This document shows positions 28,272 through 38,060 of a stretch of DNA of 41,455 nucleotides, in pieces. Origin of the DNA: an uncultured Methanosarcinales archaeon. Lineage in GTDB: Archaea > Nanobdellota > Nanobdellia > Woesearchaeales > CAYPCY01. The translations under genes and the position numbers were made by a program. The stretch is from positions 1 through 41,455 of the forward strand of contig CAYPCY010000001.1 of NCBI GenBank assembly GCA_964409385.1, written 5' to 3'. Position 1 is the first letter of the stretch. Each line of letters opens with the position of its first letter. Below the pieces are notes generated by a model. The model searched no databases and was not told the origin of the DNA. It saw only the letters and a list, made by a program, of their open reading frames with translations.

Positions 28272-30119
28272 ATGAAAATTTTTCTCATATTAATTTTATT
28301 AATACCATTAGTTTTTGCAGACGAAATTTTAACTTCAGAATCAGCAATTTTAGAATATGAAGTTTCTACCAGTGTTGAAATAGTTCCAGAATCTGAAAAT
28401 TTCTTTATTGATTCACTAACTCTTGATCTTTATTGGCTTCCTAAAGAATCTTTCAGACAGGAGATTTTAGAACTTAATACTAATCCAGAAGCTTTCATTT
28501 CGGACTCTGCCAAATTTATTTTCAATAATCCTGGATTGAATAATGAAATTTTCTTAATTTCTAAAGTAAAAACTCATAATTCCAGAAAAAGAATAACTTC
28601 AAGAATTGATTATCCTCTAAATTTAGAAGCAGAATTTTTTCCTTATGTGGAAGAACAAGAAATTATTGATTTTAGTCCAGAAATTTTAATTACTGCTACA
28701 AGTCTTAAAAGAGAAAGTTCTGATTTATATGAACTTGTTGTAGAAACTGCAAAGTGGGTTCGAAATAATGTTGAGTATGATCTTTCAACATTAAATGTTG
28801 AAGCATCTATTCCCTCTTCTAATGTTTTAATATCAAAAAATGGTGTTTGTGACGAAATTACTAGTTTATTCATATCATTATTAAGAGCTAATGGTATTCC
28901 TTCTAGGTTTATCTCAGGATTTTCATATACTAATCTTGATGATTTTGATAACAATTGGCAACCTCACGGTTGGGCAGAAGTTTATTTTCCTGGATTTGGC
29001 TGGGTGCCTTTCGATGTTACTTATGGTGAATATGGTTTTTTAGATTCTGGTCATATTAAACTTTCTGAAACATTAGATGCTAAAGGTCTTTCAGTATTGT
29101 ACGAATCTAGAGGTTTTAGTTATACTACTAATACTGAAAATCCTAATTTTGACATTGAAATTTTAAGTCTTGGAAATAGTTCTGACTTAAGTATTGATTT
29201 TTCAATTAGTGTTGCTGAACCAATGGTAGGATTTGGATCAGAGAATCTTTTAGAATTGCACTTTTCCAACAACAATAATTATTATATTGCTGGATCCGTT
29301 AATTTAGGAAGAACAGAACAATTAAATTTTAGTAATTATGATATTGACTTTTTATTAAAACCTTTTGAAGAAAAAACAATGAATATTATTATCGAAACTC
29401 CTAATAATTTAGATTCTTCATTCCAATATACTTTTCCAATACTTGCTGTTTTAGATGGAATTTATTTTAATACAAGTTTTAAATCAAAAGTTAATGAACA
29501 AATTTTTGAATTTTCTGAAGAAGAAGCTGAACTAAAAGGTTTTTTTTCTTGCATATATTCTAATTCAGTAATGTTTAATGTTGATACTTTAATAAATTGC
29601 CAATCAGACTTTACAGGAACTTTTTGTTTGAACAATTTATGTAATAAAGAAGGAATTTTTAATATAAGTTTTGAAAATCCGGGCATTTCAAGTTTCATAA
29701 TTTATTTTAATAACAGCATAATTTCAGATAGTATTCCCATAAGTATTGCAGTTTTAGATTTTCCAAATATTTCAATATTTAATATTTCATATCCTGAAAC
29801 AATTAATTTTTCTGAAGTTTTTGATATTGAAATAACAGTTAATAAAAATTCTGTTTCAAAAGCAGAATCTGCTTTTTTAACTATTGAAAACATATTTTCT
29901 AAACAAGAATTTGATTTAAATCCTGAAGGACATAATCTTTTAATTAATGTCGATCCTTCAAACTTAGGATTCACTAATACTTTCAAAATTGAATTATTCC
30001 AAGATGATGAATTAGTTGATTCAAAAACAATTACTATAAAAACAAAAACAAAATTTTTTGAAAAAATCAGACTTTTACTAAATGTTTTAGGAATTAAAAT
30101 TTATAATATGTTTTCTTAG
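28272..30119 (+). CDS. exported transglutaminase-like domain protein
   Basis: Signal peptide from ATG 28272; GVCDE, LRA.GIP.R, HGWAEVY, W.PFD.T (Cys-His-Asp). Confidence 0.88.
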   Translation: MKIFLILILLIPLVFADEILTSESAILEYEVSTSVEIVPESENFFIDSLTLDLYWLPKESFRQEILELNTNPEAFISDSAKFIFNNPGLNNEIFLISKVKTHNSRKRITSRIDYPLNLEAEFFPYVEEQEIIDFSPEILITATSLKRESSDLYELVVETAKWVRNNVEYDLSTLNVEASIPSSNVLISKNGVCDEITSLFISLLRANGIPSRFISGFSYTNLDDFDNNWQPHGWAEVYFPGFGWVPFDVTYGEYGFLDSGHIKLSETLDAKGLSVLYESRGFSYTTNTENPNFDIEILSLGNSSDLSIDFSISVAEPMVGFGSENLLELHFSNNNNYYIAGSVNLGRTEQLNFSNYDIDFLLKPFEEKTMNIIIETPNNLDSSFQYTFPILAVLDGIYFNTSFKSKVNEQIFEFSEEEAELKGFFSCIYSNSVMFNVDTLINCQSDFTGTFCLNNLCNKEGIFNISFENPGISSFIIYFNNSIISDSIPISIAVLDFPNISIFNISYPETINFSEVFDIEITVNKNSVSKAESAFLTIENIFSKQEFDLNPEGHNLLINVDPSNLGFTNTFKIELFQDDELVDSKTITIKTKTKFFEKIRLLLNVLGIKIYNMFS

Positions 30120-30154
30120 TAAGCTTTTTATACTTTCCTACAAAAACTTCTATT

Positions 30155-31732
30155 ATGAATGTAAAAACGGTAAATCTTCAAGGAAAATCTGAATATTCTT
30201 TTTTTCTAATTCATGGATATACAGGAAGTATAACTGATTTTAATGGATTAGAACATTATCTAAATAAAAAGTTTAATACCAGTGTAAAAATTATATTAAT
30301 GAAAGGTCATGGAACTGAAGTTTCAAATCTTAAAGGATTATATTATTCTGATTTTCTTAATCAAATAGAAGAAGAGTTTAAAAAAGAATTAAAAAAAGGT
30401 AAAAAAATTATTCTCGGAGGGATTAGTTTTGGTGGACATTTAGCCTTAAAACTTGCTAGTAAATATCAAGTTTCAGGAGTTTTTACTATTGCACCAACCA
30501 TAAAATTTAAATTTCCTTTTAATATTCCTAAAATTAAATTACTAGGTAAATTTAAAAAACATTGGAAGAAAAGATTAACTAAAAAAGAGAGAATATTAAG
30601 AGAAGGAACATTTCATTATTCACATATGCCAGTATATGGATTAGATTTAATTTCTGAAGCTAATAAAGATATCTTTCCTGTATTAAAAAAAATAACTTGT
30701 CCTTGCTTAAGTATTTCATCAGTTTATGACCCTTTGATTAATTTTGAAAGTAGCTTGATAATTCATAAACTTGTCAATTCTAAAATTAATTATTTAAACC
30801 TTATAGATACTACTCAACATAATTATTTCTTTTCAGATGACAAAAATAAAGTTTTTTATTCTATTAAACAATTTTATGAAAGCATTCTTAACAAAAAATA
30901 TGAAAAGGTAGCAGCCATAGTTCCTGCTTTTAATGAAGGTGAAAGAATTGGAAATGTTTTAAGAGTTTTAACTAAATCAAAAATTGTTGATGAAGTTATA
31001 GTTGTTGATGATGGTAGTTCTGACAATACTGAAAACGAAGCTAGAAAATTCAATGTTACATTCTTAAAAAATTCTAGAAACAAAGGTAAGGCATATTCTA
31101 TGGAAAGAGGAGTTAAAAAATCAAAAGCGGACATAATATTTTTTTGTGATGCTGATCTTAAAGGGTTAAAAGAATCAACAATTAACTCAATAATTAAACC
31201 AGTGATTAATAATGAGGTTGAAATGTTCATAGGATTAAGATTTAACAAGATGCAAAGAGCAGTCAAAGCATTCGCTTTACTATCTGGAGAAAGAGCATTA
31301 ACTAGAAAATTATGGGATGAGCTTCCAAAATTTTACAAAAACAAATTCAGGATTGAAACAGGACTTAATCTTTACGCAAAATATTATGGTAAAGGATATT
31401 CTTACAAATTATTCAAAGATTATTTTCAAACCTTAAAAGAAGAAAAATATGGGTTTTTCAAAGGAACAACAAGAAGATGGAATATGAATTTTGATGTTAG
31501 TATTGCCTTTTTATATTTTCAAATTTTTGAAATTCCAAAAACTATTATGAGAATAAGACTTTCAATTTTAGGATTACTATTAAGCAGTTTTATTTTTTAT
31601 TATAGCTTTCTTTTTTCATCTTATACATTCATAATTTTAGTCTTTGGAAGTACCTATTATTTAATCAAAAACACGTATATTTTAATAAATAGTTTGAGAC
31701 TGAAAAAACTTCTTTATTCTAATAAAGTTTAA
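30155..31732 (+). CDS. alpha/beta-hydrolase fused to GT2 glycosyltransferase with C-terminal TM helices
   Basis: IHGYTG, GISFGG nucleophile elbow; then VPAFNE, VDDGSSD, CDAD; hydrophobic tail. Confidence 0.85.
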   Translation: MNVKTVNLQGKSEYSFFLIHGYTGSITDFNGLEHYLNKKFNTSVKIILMKGHGTEVSNLKGLYYSDFLNQIEEEFKKELKKGKKIILGGISFGGHLALKLASKYQVSGVFTIAPTIKFKFPFNIPKIKLLGKFKKHWKKRLTKKERILREGTFHYSHMPVYGLDLISEANKDIFPVLKKITCPCLSISSVYDPLINFESSLIIHKLVNSKINYLNLIDTTQHNYFFSDDKNKVFYSIKQFYESILNKKYEKVAAIVPAFNEGERIGNVLRVLTKSKIVDEVIVVDDGSSDNTENEARKFNVTFLKNSRNKGKAYSMERGVKKSKADIIFFCDADLKGLKESTINSIIKPVINNEVEMFIGLRFNKMQRAVKAFALLSGERALTRKLWDELPKFYKNKFRIETGLNLYAKYYGKGYSYKLFKDYFQTLKEEKYGFFKGTTRRWNMNFDVSIAFLYFQIFEIPKTIMRIRLSILGLLLSSFIFYYSFLFSSYTFIILVFGSTYYLIKNTYILINSLRLKKLLYSNKV

Positions 31733-31757
31733 ATAGTAGTTCTCCAGTCCATTCAAT

Positions 31758-33530
31758 ATGCAACTTTCCACATTAGTTTTAGATTCTTCCGCTTTAATAG
31801 AAGGGTCTTTATCTAAAAAGTTAAACAATAAAGATCTCAGAATAAAAAAATTAATAATTCCTGAATTTGTAATTTTTGAATTAGAAAATCTTGCTAATAA
31901 CAATATTGAAAAAGGTTTTTTAGGTATTGATGAATTAAAAGTTTTAAGAGAGCTTTCTTTGAAGCAAAAGTTTGAAATTTCTTTCTTCAAAAATAATTTT
32001 AGAATTTTTAATAAAGAACAATCATATTCTGAAATAATAAATATTGCATTTGAAGAAGATGCTGCATTAATGACAAATAATAAAGTTCAATATTTAATTT
32101 CTGAAGCTAAAGGTATAAAAACAATATATAGTCATTTGAAAGAGGGAAAAGAAATTCCAATAGCTAAATATTTTGATACTACAACAATGTCTGTTCATCT
32201 TAAAGAAAATACTTTTCCTTCTGCAAAGAAGGGAAGACCTGGAGAGTGGACTTTTGAACTTATAGGTAAAAAAAAATTATCTAGAGATGATTTGAGAGAT
32301 TTGGCTAAAAAACTTGTTGAATTCGCAGGTTTAGTAAAGGAAGGTTTTATTGAATTAGAAAGGCCAGGATCTACTATTCTTCAGATTGAAAATTATAGGA
32401 TTGTTATTACCAAACCTCCATTTTCTGATGGTTGGGAAATTACTGCTGTAAGGCCTGTTAAGAGACTTTCTCTTCCTGAATATAATTTATCAGAGAAATT
32501 AAGTTTAAGACTTAAGGAGCAAGCAGAGGGTATTCTTATTGCAGGTGCGCCTGGACAAGGTAAGAGTACTTTTGCTCAGGCGTTAGCCGAATTTTATCTT
32601 GGACAAAAGAAAATCATAAAAACTGTTGAAGCACCAAGAGATTTAGTTCTTCCTGATGAAATAACACAGTTTGCAATAAGTCATGGTTCTTCAGAAGAAA
32701 TTCATGACATTTTACTTCTTAGTAGACCAGATTACACAATTTATGATGAAATGAGAAATACTAACGATTTTCTTTTATTTTCTGATTTGAGACTTTCAGG
32801 AGTAGGAATGATTGGTGTTATTCACGCAACACAAGCCATTGATGCTATTCAAAGATTTATTGGTCGTCTTGAATTAGGAGTCATACCTCATATTGTAGAT
32901 ACTGTAGTTTTCATTAATGCTGGAGAGGTTGAGAAAGTTTTTGCATTAAAAATAGAAGTTAAAGTTCCTTCAGGAATGACAGAAGCAGACTTGGCAAGAC
33001 CGATTGTTACAGTAACCGATTTTGAATCAGGAAAATTAGAATTTGAAATTTATTCATATGGTGAAGAAACAGTAGTTGTGCCAGTAACTAAAAAGAACAA
33101 AAGTCCTTTACATGGATTGGCAGCAGATTCGATCAAAAAAGAATTTTTAAGATATTCTAAAAATATTTCGGTTGATTTATCTTCAAACAATAAAGCTATT
33201 GTTTATGTTCCAGAATCTTTAAAGGCACAAATTATAGGAAAGCAAGGATCTAATATAGAATCTATTGAGAAAAAACTCGGAATTGGAATTGATATAAAAA
33301 CAAAAAAGGATTCAGAATCTATTCCTTTCGACATACTTATTTCCAAAGGACATATTAAACTTTTTACAGACTTAGTTAATACTAGTATAAATATTTATGT
33401 CGATGACGATTTTTTAATGACAACTAAAATAAGCAAGAAAGGACAAGTTAATATTAAGAGAAGTAATGCATTGGCTAAAGTTTTGATAAATGCTGAAAAG
33501 GAAGGTAAAAAGATAGATCTTAAAATTTAG
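31758..33530 (+). CDS. PINA: PIN-domain/ATPase/KH-domain protein
   Basis: VLDSS PIN start, GAPGQGKST, LL.RPDYTIYDEMR, DLARP, KH motif IIGKQG.NI. Confidence 0.9.
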   Translation: MQLSTLVLDSSALIEGSLSKKLNNKDLRIKKLIIPEFVIFELENLANNNIEKGFLGIDELKVLRELSLKQKFEISFFKNNFRIFNKEQSYSEIINIAFEEDAALMTNNKVQYLISEAKGIKTIYSHLKEGKEIPIAKYFDTTTMSVHLKENTFPSAKKGRPGEWTFELIGKKKLSRDDLRDLAKKLVEFAGLVKEGFIELERPGSTILQIENYRIVITKPPFSDGWEITAVRPVKRLSLPEYNLSEKLSLRLKEQAEGILIAGAPGQGKSTFAQALAEFYLGQKKIIKTVEAPRDLVLPDEITQFAISHGSSEEIHDILLLSRPDYTIYDEMRNTNDFLLFSDLRLSGVGMIGVIHATQAIDAIQRFIGRLELGVIPHIVDTVVFINAGEVEKVFALKIEVKVPSGMTEADLARPIVTVTDFESGKLEFEIYSYGEETVVVPVTKKNKSPLHGLAADSIKKEFLRYSKNISVDLSSNNKAIVYVPESLKAQIIGKQGSNIESIEKKLGIGIDIKTKKDSESIPFDILISKGHIKLFTDLVNTSINIYVDDDFLMTTKISKKGQVNIKRSNALAKVLINAEKEGKKIDLKI

Positions 33531-33816
33531 TTTTTTTCTTAATTTGAAAATCAAGCGCATTTAATGCTTGTTTTACTGCTTGTAATGGACCAAATTCCCT
33601 TATATTACTATAATAATATTTGTTTGCAGTAGTAAGATTAATTTTTACTCTTGAAAGATTCTGTCCCTTGAAAGATCTCTGCCTAATTCCTAAATTTATT
33701 ATTGCTTCAGAATTTTGATCTTGTTTTTCTAAAAATTTTTGAATATAGAACTCAAATTTTTTACTCTCATAACCAGTTAGTTTATCTATATCTCCTGTTA
33801 GTCTAAAATTCATCAT
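33520..33816 (-). CDS. hypothetical protein, possible HPF/RaiA-like fold
   Basis: Beta-alpha-beta-beta-beta-alpha-like pattern ending AVKQALNALDFQIKK; ATG at 33816 or 33813. Confidence 0.5.
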   Translation of the reverse strand: MMNFRLTGDIDKLTGYESKKFEFYIQKFLEKQDQNSEAIINLGIRQRSFKGQNLSRVKINLTTANKYYYSNIREFGPLQAVKQALNALDFQIKKKTKF

Positions 33817-33851
33817 TATAAAAAAAAAAGAAAATAAATAAGCCAAAAGGC

Positions 33852-34211
33852 TTATTTAGCTTTTGCCAGCTGCAATACTTCTTCTAATGCAATTACTATT
33901 GTCGCTGGTACTATAAATGCTAGCATTTGTTGGAAAATTCCACTAAGGTATACACCAATATAATGTACACCTTCTAATCCTAGCTTGTCAGCGCCGAAAC
34001 TAGCTACTAACACCATTATAGTTGCTGTCAACAAAAAGTCCTTTGTGTCTTTACCAGTTACGTTAATAAATCCAACCAGTAATCCTGCAACTACTAGCAA
34101 TGATGTTAACCACGCAACAGTATTTGCATCAAGGTTTGCTGATGCTAATCCTAAAAGGATCGCAACTACTACTCCCACTATAAATGCATAGTGTCCTACT
34201 TTTTTCTTCAT
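33852..34211 (-). CDS. small 4-TM membrane protein (paralog of 34225..34560)
   Basis: G.YAFIVG, GLLVGFINV..K, GAGGTGA ribosome-binding site. Confidence 0.8.
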   Translation of the reverse strand: MKKKVGHYAFIVGVVVAILLGLASANLDANTVAWLTSLLVVAGLLVGFINVTGKDTKDFLLTATIMVLVASFGADKLGLEGVHYIGVYLSGIFQQMLAFIVPATIVIALEEVLQLAKAK

Positions 34212-34224
34212 AAAATCACCTCGT

Positions 34225-34560
34225 TTATTTTGAAATATTGTAGAGTGCTTTAAGTGATACTACTGCTGCTCCAGAAGCAACAAAAGTAACTATGTAAGTA
34301 ACAAATGACGTTAGGAAATAAATACTTTCAAATATTGTGTTAAAACTCAAATAGATTAATATCCAAGTCATTGATGAAATTAAATATAAACTAATTTCCT
34401 TATCAGAAACATTCAAAAAACCTATTATTAAACCTATAATCCCTAGAAACCAAAAAATATTATTATTTGTAGAATTTGGTGTAACAAACGCCGCTATAAG
34501 GGCAAGAAGAAGCCCGACAACAAATGAGTACGCACCAATTTTTCCCCACATTCTAGTCAT
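34225..34560 (-). CDS. small 4-TM membrane protein (paralog of 33852..34211)
   Basis: G.YSFVVG, GLIIGFLNV..K, AGGTGA ribosome-binding site. Confidence 0.8.
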   Translation of the reverse strand: MTRMWGKIGAYSFVVGLLLALIAAFVTPNSTNNNIFWFLGIIGLIIGFLNVSDKEISLYLISSMTWILIYLSFNTIFESIYFLTSFVTYIVTFVASGAAVVSLKALYNISK

Positions 34561-34597
34561 TAAATCACCTTGATTAATCTAATTTATTGAAGTGAAC

Positions 34598-35227
34598 CTA
34601 TTTAAATTTTTTGTTTTTAATAAAAAACTTCCAAATATGTTTTTCTGAAAAGTAAAATAAACCGAATGCTATAAAATATGCTCCAAACACATCAATTGAA
34701 TAATGAACTTTCATTAATATAACAGTTAATGCCATTATTATAGACATTATTAAAAAAAAAAATTTCAATTTTTTATCTTTCACAAATAAATAACCTAAAA
34801 ATGGAACTGCAACATGTCCTGATGGAAACAAATCTTTTGTTAAATAATAATGACTAAATAATCCCATAACTGCATGATCATCTATTCTTATTACAGGAGC
34901 TCCTAAGTGAGTTATTGAAAAGAAAAAAGCTCTAATTAATTTAAATAAGGCCATAGTTACAGTGAATGCAGGCAACATGATAGGTTCTTTTATTATAAAA
35001 TATAAACTTAAACTTGTTATAATAAGCAAAAAACCTATTGTTGCTAAAAAATTAAGGTCATATGTAGGTAATAAATCATGAAGCAAATCTCCACTAGGAT
35101 TTGTTTGTTGTGATTCTGCATAAAAGCCAGCAACTTTAATCAAAATCATTGCAATTACAAGAATTATAACACTAATAAACAATTTTATAGAATAGTCCTT
35201 ATCTTTTAGTAGATTTAAAATTTCCAT
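34598..35227 (-). CDS. PAP2-superfamily membrane phosphatase/phosphotransferase (sphingomyelin-synthase-like motifs)
   Basis: DLLHDLLP, DLFPSGH, HYSIDV. Confidence 0.85.
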   Translation of the reverse strand: MEILNLLKDKDYSIKLFISVIILVIAMILIKVAGFYAESQQTNPSGDLLHDLLPTYDLNFLATIGFLLIITSLSLYFIIKEPIMLPAFTVTMALFKLIRAFFFSITHLGAPVIRIDDHAVMGLFSHYYLTKDLFPSGHVAVPFLGYLFVKDKKLKFFFLIMSIIMALTVILMKVHYSIDVFGAYFIAFGLFYFSEKHIWKFFIKNKKFK

Positions 35228-35303
35228 TTAAAAAAAAGAATTGTTTAAGTTTAAATATTTTTTTAAGAAAAATTAATATAATATTTAACAAAGTTTATAT
35301 TAT

Positions 35304-35979
35304 GTGAAAAAAATAATATTAGCAGGTTTACTCTCAGGAATTTTAAGCGCGGAATCATATAATTTGTATTCTTACTTTAACAGTCACATAGGAACTGTCC
35401 AAATTGATACTACTAAAAATTCAGAAGATTTAGAAATTAAATTAGAAATTCCACTTATCCCTGATAATTTTTACAAAGCAGGAATTATAGATTTTTCAAT
35501 TAAGAAAAAATTTGGGTTTCATAAAATAAATGATTCTACTTATATAGAAATTCTTCAGGATGAAGCATTTACTTATTTATTTTCTAATTCGAGTTGGAAT
35601 CTTACTTCATATAAAGGAAATAGAGAAGAGAAAAAAATTCTTGTTGGAACTTCTTATGAAAGTAATACTTTAGTCGATGTTATTAGAACTGAATTGACAG
35701 GAACTCACAAAAGAAAATTTGAAATTTTTATTGGAGGACTAAAATATCTTATTGAATTACCAGAATTTAGTGAAAAAAAATGGTTTTAAAAAATTAGATT
35801 TTAATGTACAGGGATTTTATAGATGGAATGAAAATTCTTGGATTTCTTACGAAAATGATGTTGATGTTCCTTTTGGGAACATTAGTGTTTTCTTTAAGGG
35901 TTTTGAAGCCATAAAAGCAAGTGGTGAGATTAAAATTTTGTTTTTTCCGATTGATTTTTATATCGAAAAGCAGAAATAA
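35304..35979 (+). pseudogene. exported hypothetical protein split by an apparent frameshift in an A8 run
   Basis: ORFs 35304..35789 and 35752..35979 join in frame if one A is removed from A8 at 35773-35780. Confidence 0.55.
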
Positions 35980-36038
35980 TATTAAAATTCCGAAAACTTT
36001 ATAAATGACTTTTTTAATATAAATCTTACTTCTTTTAT

Positions 36039-36578
36039 TTGAAAAAAAAAAGAAATCCCACCATGGAACAAGAAACTCAACTTATCTCTCTTGCGATGAA
36101 AGAGAAGGAAATTGAAGAAATAGTAGGTTCTCACTCTCTACAAATAGTTAAATACTTAGAAGGAAAACAAGATATTTCTGAATTTAAGATTGCTGAAGAT
36201 TTAAAAATTGAAATTCATGCAATTAGAAATTTATTATACAATCTTCATGGTAATAATTTAGTAACATACATTAGGAAAAAAGACAGAATTAAAGGATGGT
36301 ATATAAGTTATTGGACTTTAAACCTAACAAGATTTAAAGAAATGTTACCTTTAGTAAGAAAAACAAACCTAGAGCAAATCAGAAAAAGACTATTAAATGA
36401 AGAAAAAAATCAATTCTATCTTTGTAAAAACATGTGTTCAAGAATGAATTTTGAGTCTGCTATGGATTTAAACTTCAAATGTCATGAATGTGGAGAATTA
36501 ATGAATTTTCAGGATAATACTAGAACCATAGAATTTTTAAACAATAAAATTTCTGAATTAGAAACACAAATTGCATAA
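36039..36578 (+). CDS. tfe: transcription factor E (TFIIE alpha)
   Basis: IAE.L......IRNLLYNL...NLV, KD..KGWY..YW, zinc ribbon C...C / FKCHECG; start may be ATG 36063. Confidence 0.9.
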   Translation: MKKKRNPTMEQETQLISLAMKEKEIEEIVGSHSLQIVKYLEGKQDISEFKIAEDLKIEIHAIRNLLYNLHGNNLVTYIRKKDRIKGWYISYWTLNLTRFKEMLPLVRKTNLEQIRKRLLNEEKNQFYLCKNMCSRMNFESAMDLNFKCHECGELMNFQDNTRTIEFLNNKISELETQIA

Positions 36579-36612
36579 AAACTTATTTAAACAATAATGC
36601 ATTTTTTATATT

Positions 36613-37683
36613 ATGTCCTTATTTAAAGAGATTTTATCTTCAGAAGAAACTATTTTTAAAAATGAGAATGCTCTTGATTTTGACTTTATTCCTAAAATTC
36701 TTCCATTTAGAGAAAAAGAACAAAAGGAAATTGCATTTTCCATATCACCTTTAATTAATGGAAGGGATGGAAGAAATCTATTTATACATGGAAATCCTGG
36801 AATAGGAAAAACAGCAGCTTCTAAATTTGTTCTTAGAGATTTAGAAAACGAAACTGAAGATATTTTAATAATTTATATAAATTGTTGGCAAAAAAATACT
36901 AGTTTCAAAGTAATTCAAGAAGCTTGTCATCGATTAGGGTATAAATTAACACATAATAAAAAAACTGATGAACTAATGAAAGTTTTAGCGGGTATGATTA
37001 ATAAAAAATCTGCAGTTATAATTCTTGATGAAGTTGATAAATTAGATGATAATAATGTATTATATATGTTTCTTGAGGATTTATATAAGAAATCTTTAAT
37101 TTCAATCACAAACTTTGAATCATGGATTTCAAATCTTGATAAAAGAATTAGGAGTAGATTTAATCCTCAAATACTTAAATTTAAATCTTATAATTATGAC
37201 GAAACATTTAGAATTCTTTCTGAACGTGCAAAATATGCTTTTTTTGAAAATGTAATTTCTGAACAACTTATAGAGTTAATATCTAAAAAATCATTTCAAT
37301 TAAAGGATATACGTTCTGGAATATATTTGTTGAAACAGGCAGGATTAAACGCTGAAGCTCGATCTTCAAGAACTATTAATGATAAAGATGTTAATAAAGC
37401 AATATTAAATATCCGAGAATTTTCAACTAAAAATAAAGAGATTTTACAAGATGAGGAAAAACTTCTTCTTAGTATTATAAAAGAAAATTCTGGTTTAAAA
37501 ATGGGCGAACTTTTTGTGTTATATCAAGAACAGGGAGGTAAAGGCGTTTATAAGACATTTCAAAGACTTATTGAACAGCTTGATTCTAATAGATTTATAA
37601 CAACAAATAAAATGTCATTTGGTAAAAAAGGAAATACAAAAATAGTAAAATATAGTGGTCTTAAAAAACTTAGCGACTACTAA
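36613..37683 (+). CDS. cdc6: Orc1/Cdc6 family AAA+ protein
   Basis: P..LPFRE, GNPGIGKT, YINC, ILDEVD, RIRSR, IL.ER, DIR; C-terminal wHTH. Confidence 0.92.
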   Translation: MSLFKEILSSEETIFKNENALDFDFIPKILPFREKEQKEIAFSISPLINGRDGRNLFIHGNPGIGKTAASKFVLRDLENETEDILIIYINCWQKNTSFKVIQEACHRLGYKLTHNKKTDELMKVLAGMINKKSAVIILDEVDKLDDNNVLYMFLEDLYKKSLISITNFESWISNLDKRIRSRFNPQILKFKSYNYDETFRILSERAKYAFFENVISEQLIELISKKSFQLKDIRSGIYLLKQAGLNAEARSSRTINDKDVNKAILNIREFSTKNKEILQDEEKLLLSIIKENSGLKMGELFVLYQEQGGKGVYKTFQRLIEQLDSNRFITTNKMSFGKKGNTKIVKYSGLKKLSDY

Positions 37684-37796
37684 ATTTTTCCTAAATTTGC
37701 CTTTCTGACTGATTGCTGCCACAAAAATTCATTCATGAAATCAATTCTGTGCTTATAATCTTCCCATTCAACAAATATTTTCTTAAATTTTAGCAT
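37680..37796 (-). CDS. microprotein (38 aa)
   Basis: MLKFKKIFVEWEDYKHRIDFMNEFLWQQSVRKANLGKI* with GGGGTGA ribosome-binding site. Confidence 0.5.
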   Translation of the reverse strand: MLKFKKIFVEWEDYKHRIDFMNEFLWQQSVRKANLGKI

Positions 37797-37908
37797 AATC
37801 TTCACCCCCTAAATATCCTTTCATGAATGCTTCTTCCTCACTACTAATTTCGTCATTTTCTAACAAAATATCTACATATCCTTCATTATAAATTTCATAT
37901 TCTCTCAT
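37783..37908 (-). CDS. acidic microprotein (41 aa)
   Basis: MREYEIYNEGYVDILLENDEISSEEEAFMKGYLGGEDYAKI* with GAGGTGA ribosome-binding site. Confidence 0.65.
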   Translation of the reverse strand: MREYEIYNEGYVDILLENDEISSEEEAFMKGYLGGEDYAKI

Positions 37909-37909
37909 T

Positions 37910-37981
37910 TCATTCACCTCTAGTTGTTGTTTTTATTTGGTCAAAAAACAACTTTTCAATGTACTCATTTGTCAAATTCAT
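37910..37981 (-). CDS. microprotein (23 aa)
   Basis: MNLTNEYIEKLFFDQIKTTTRGE* with GAGGTGA ribosome-binding site. Confidence 0.45.
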   Translation of the reverse strand: MNLTNEYIEKLFFDQIKTTTRGE

Positions 37982-38060
37982 TTTTTCACCTCAAGAAGAA
38001 TTTAGCATTTTTGTTTTAAATAGTCTATGCGGGTGAATGTCCAGTGCAAATTAGAAATAA

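Noticed and set aside
31758..33530. VapC toxin or secretion ATPase system
   Set aside because: The PIN-ATPase-KH architecture is the conserved archaeal housekeeping PINA; no antitoxin or pilus genes are adjacent
36580..38060. Replication origin next to cdc6
   Set aside because: No ORB-like repeats with G-strings were seen, the flanks are short or filled by small ORFs, and the skew pattern points to a terminus nearby
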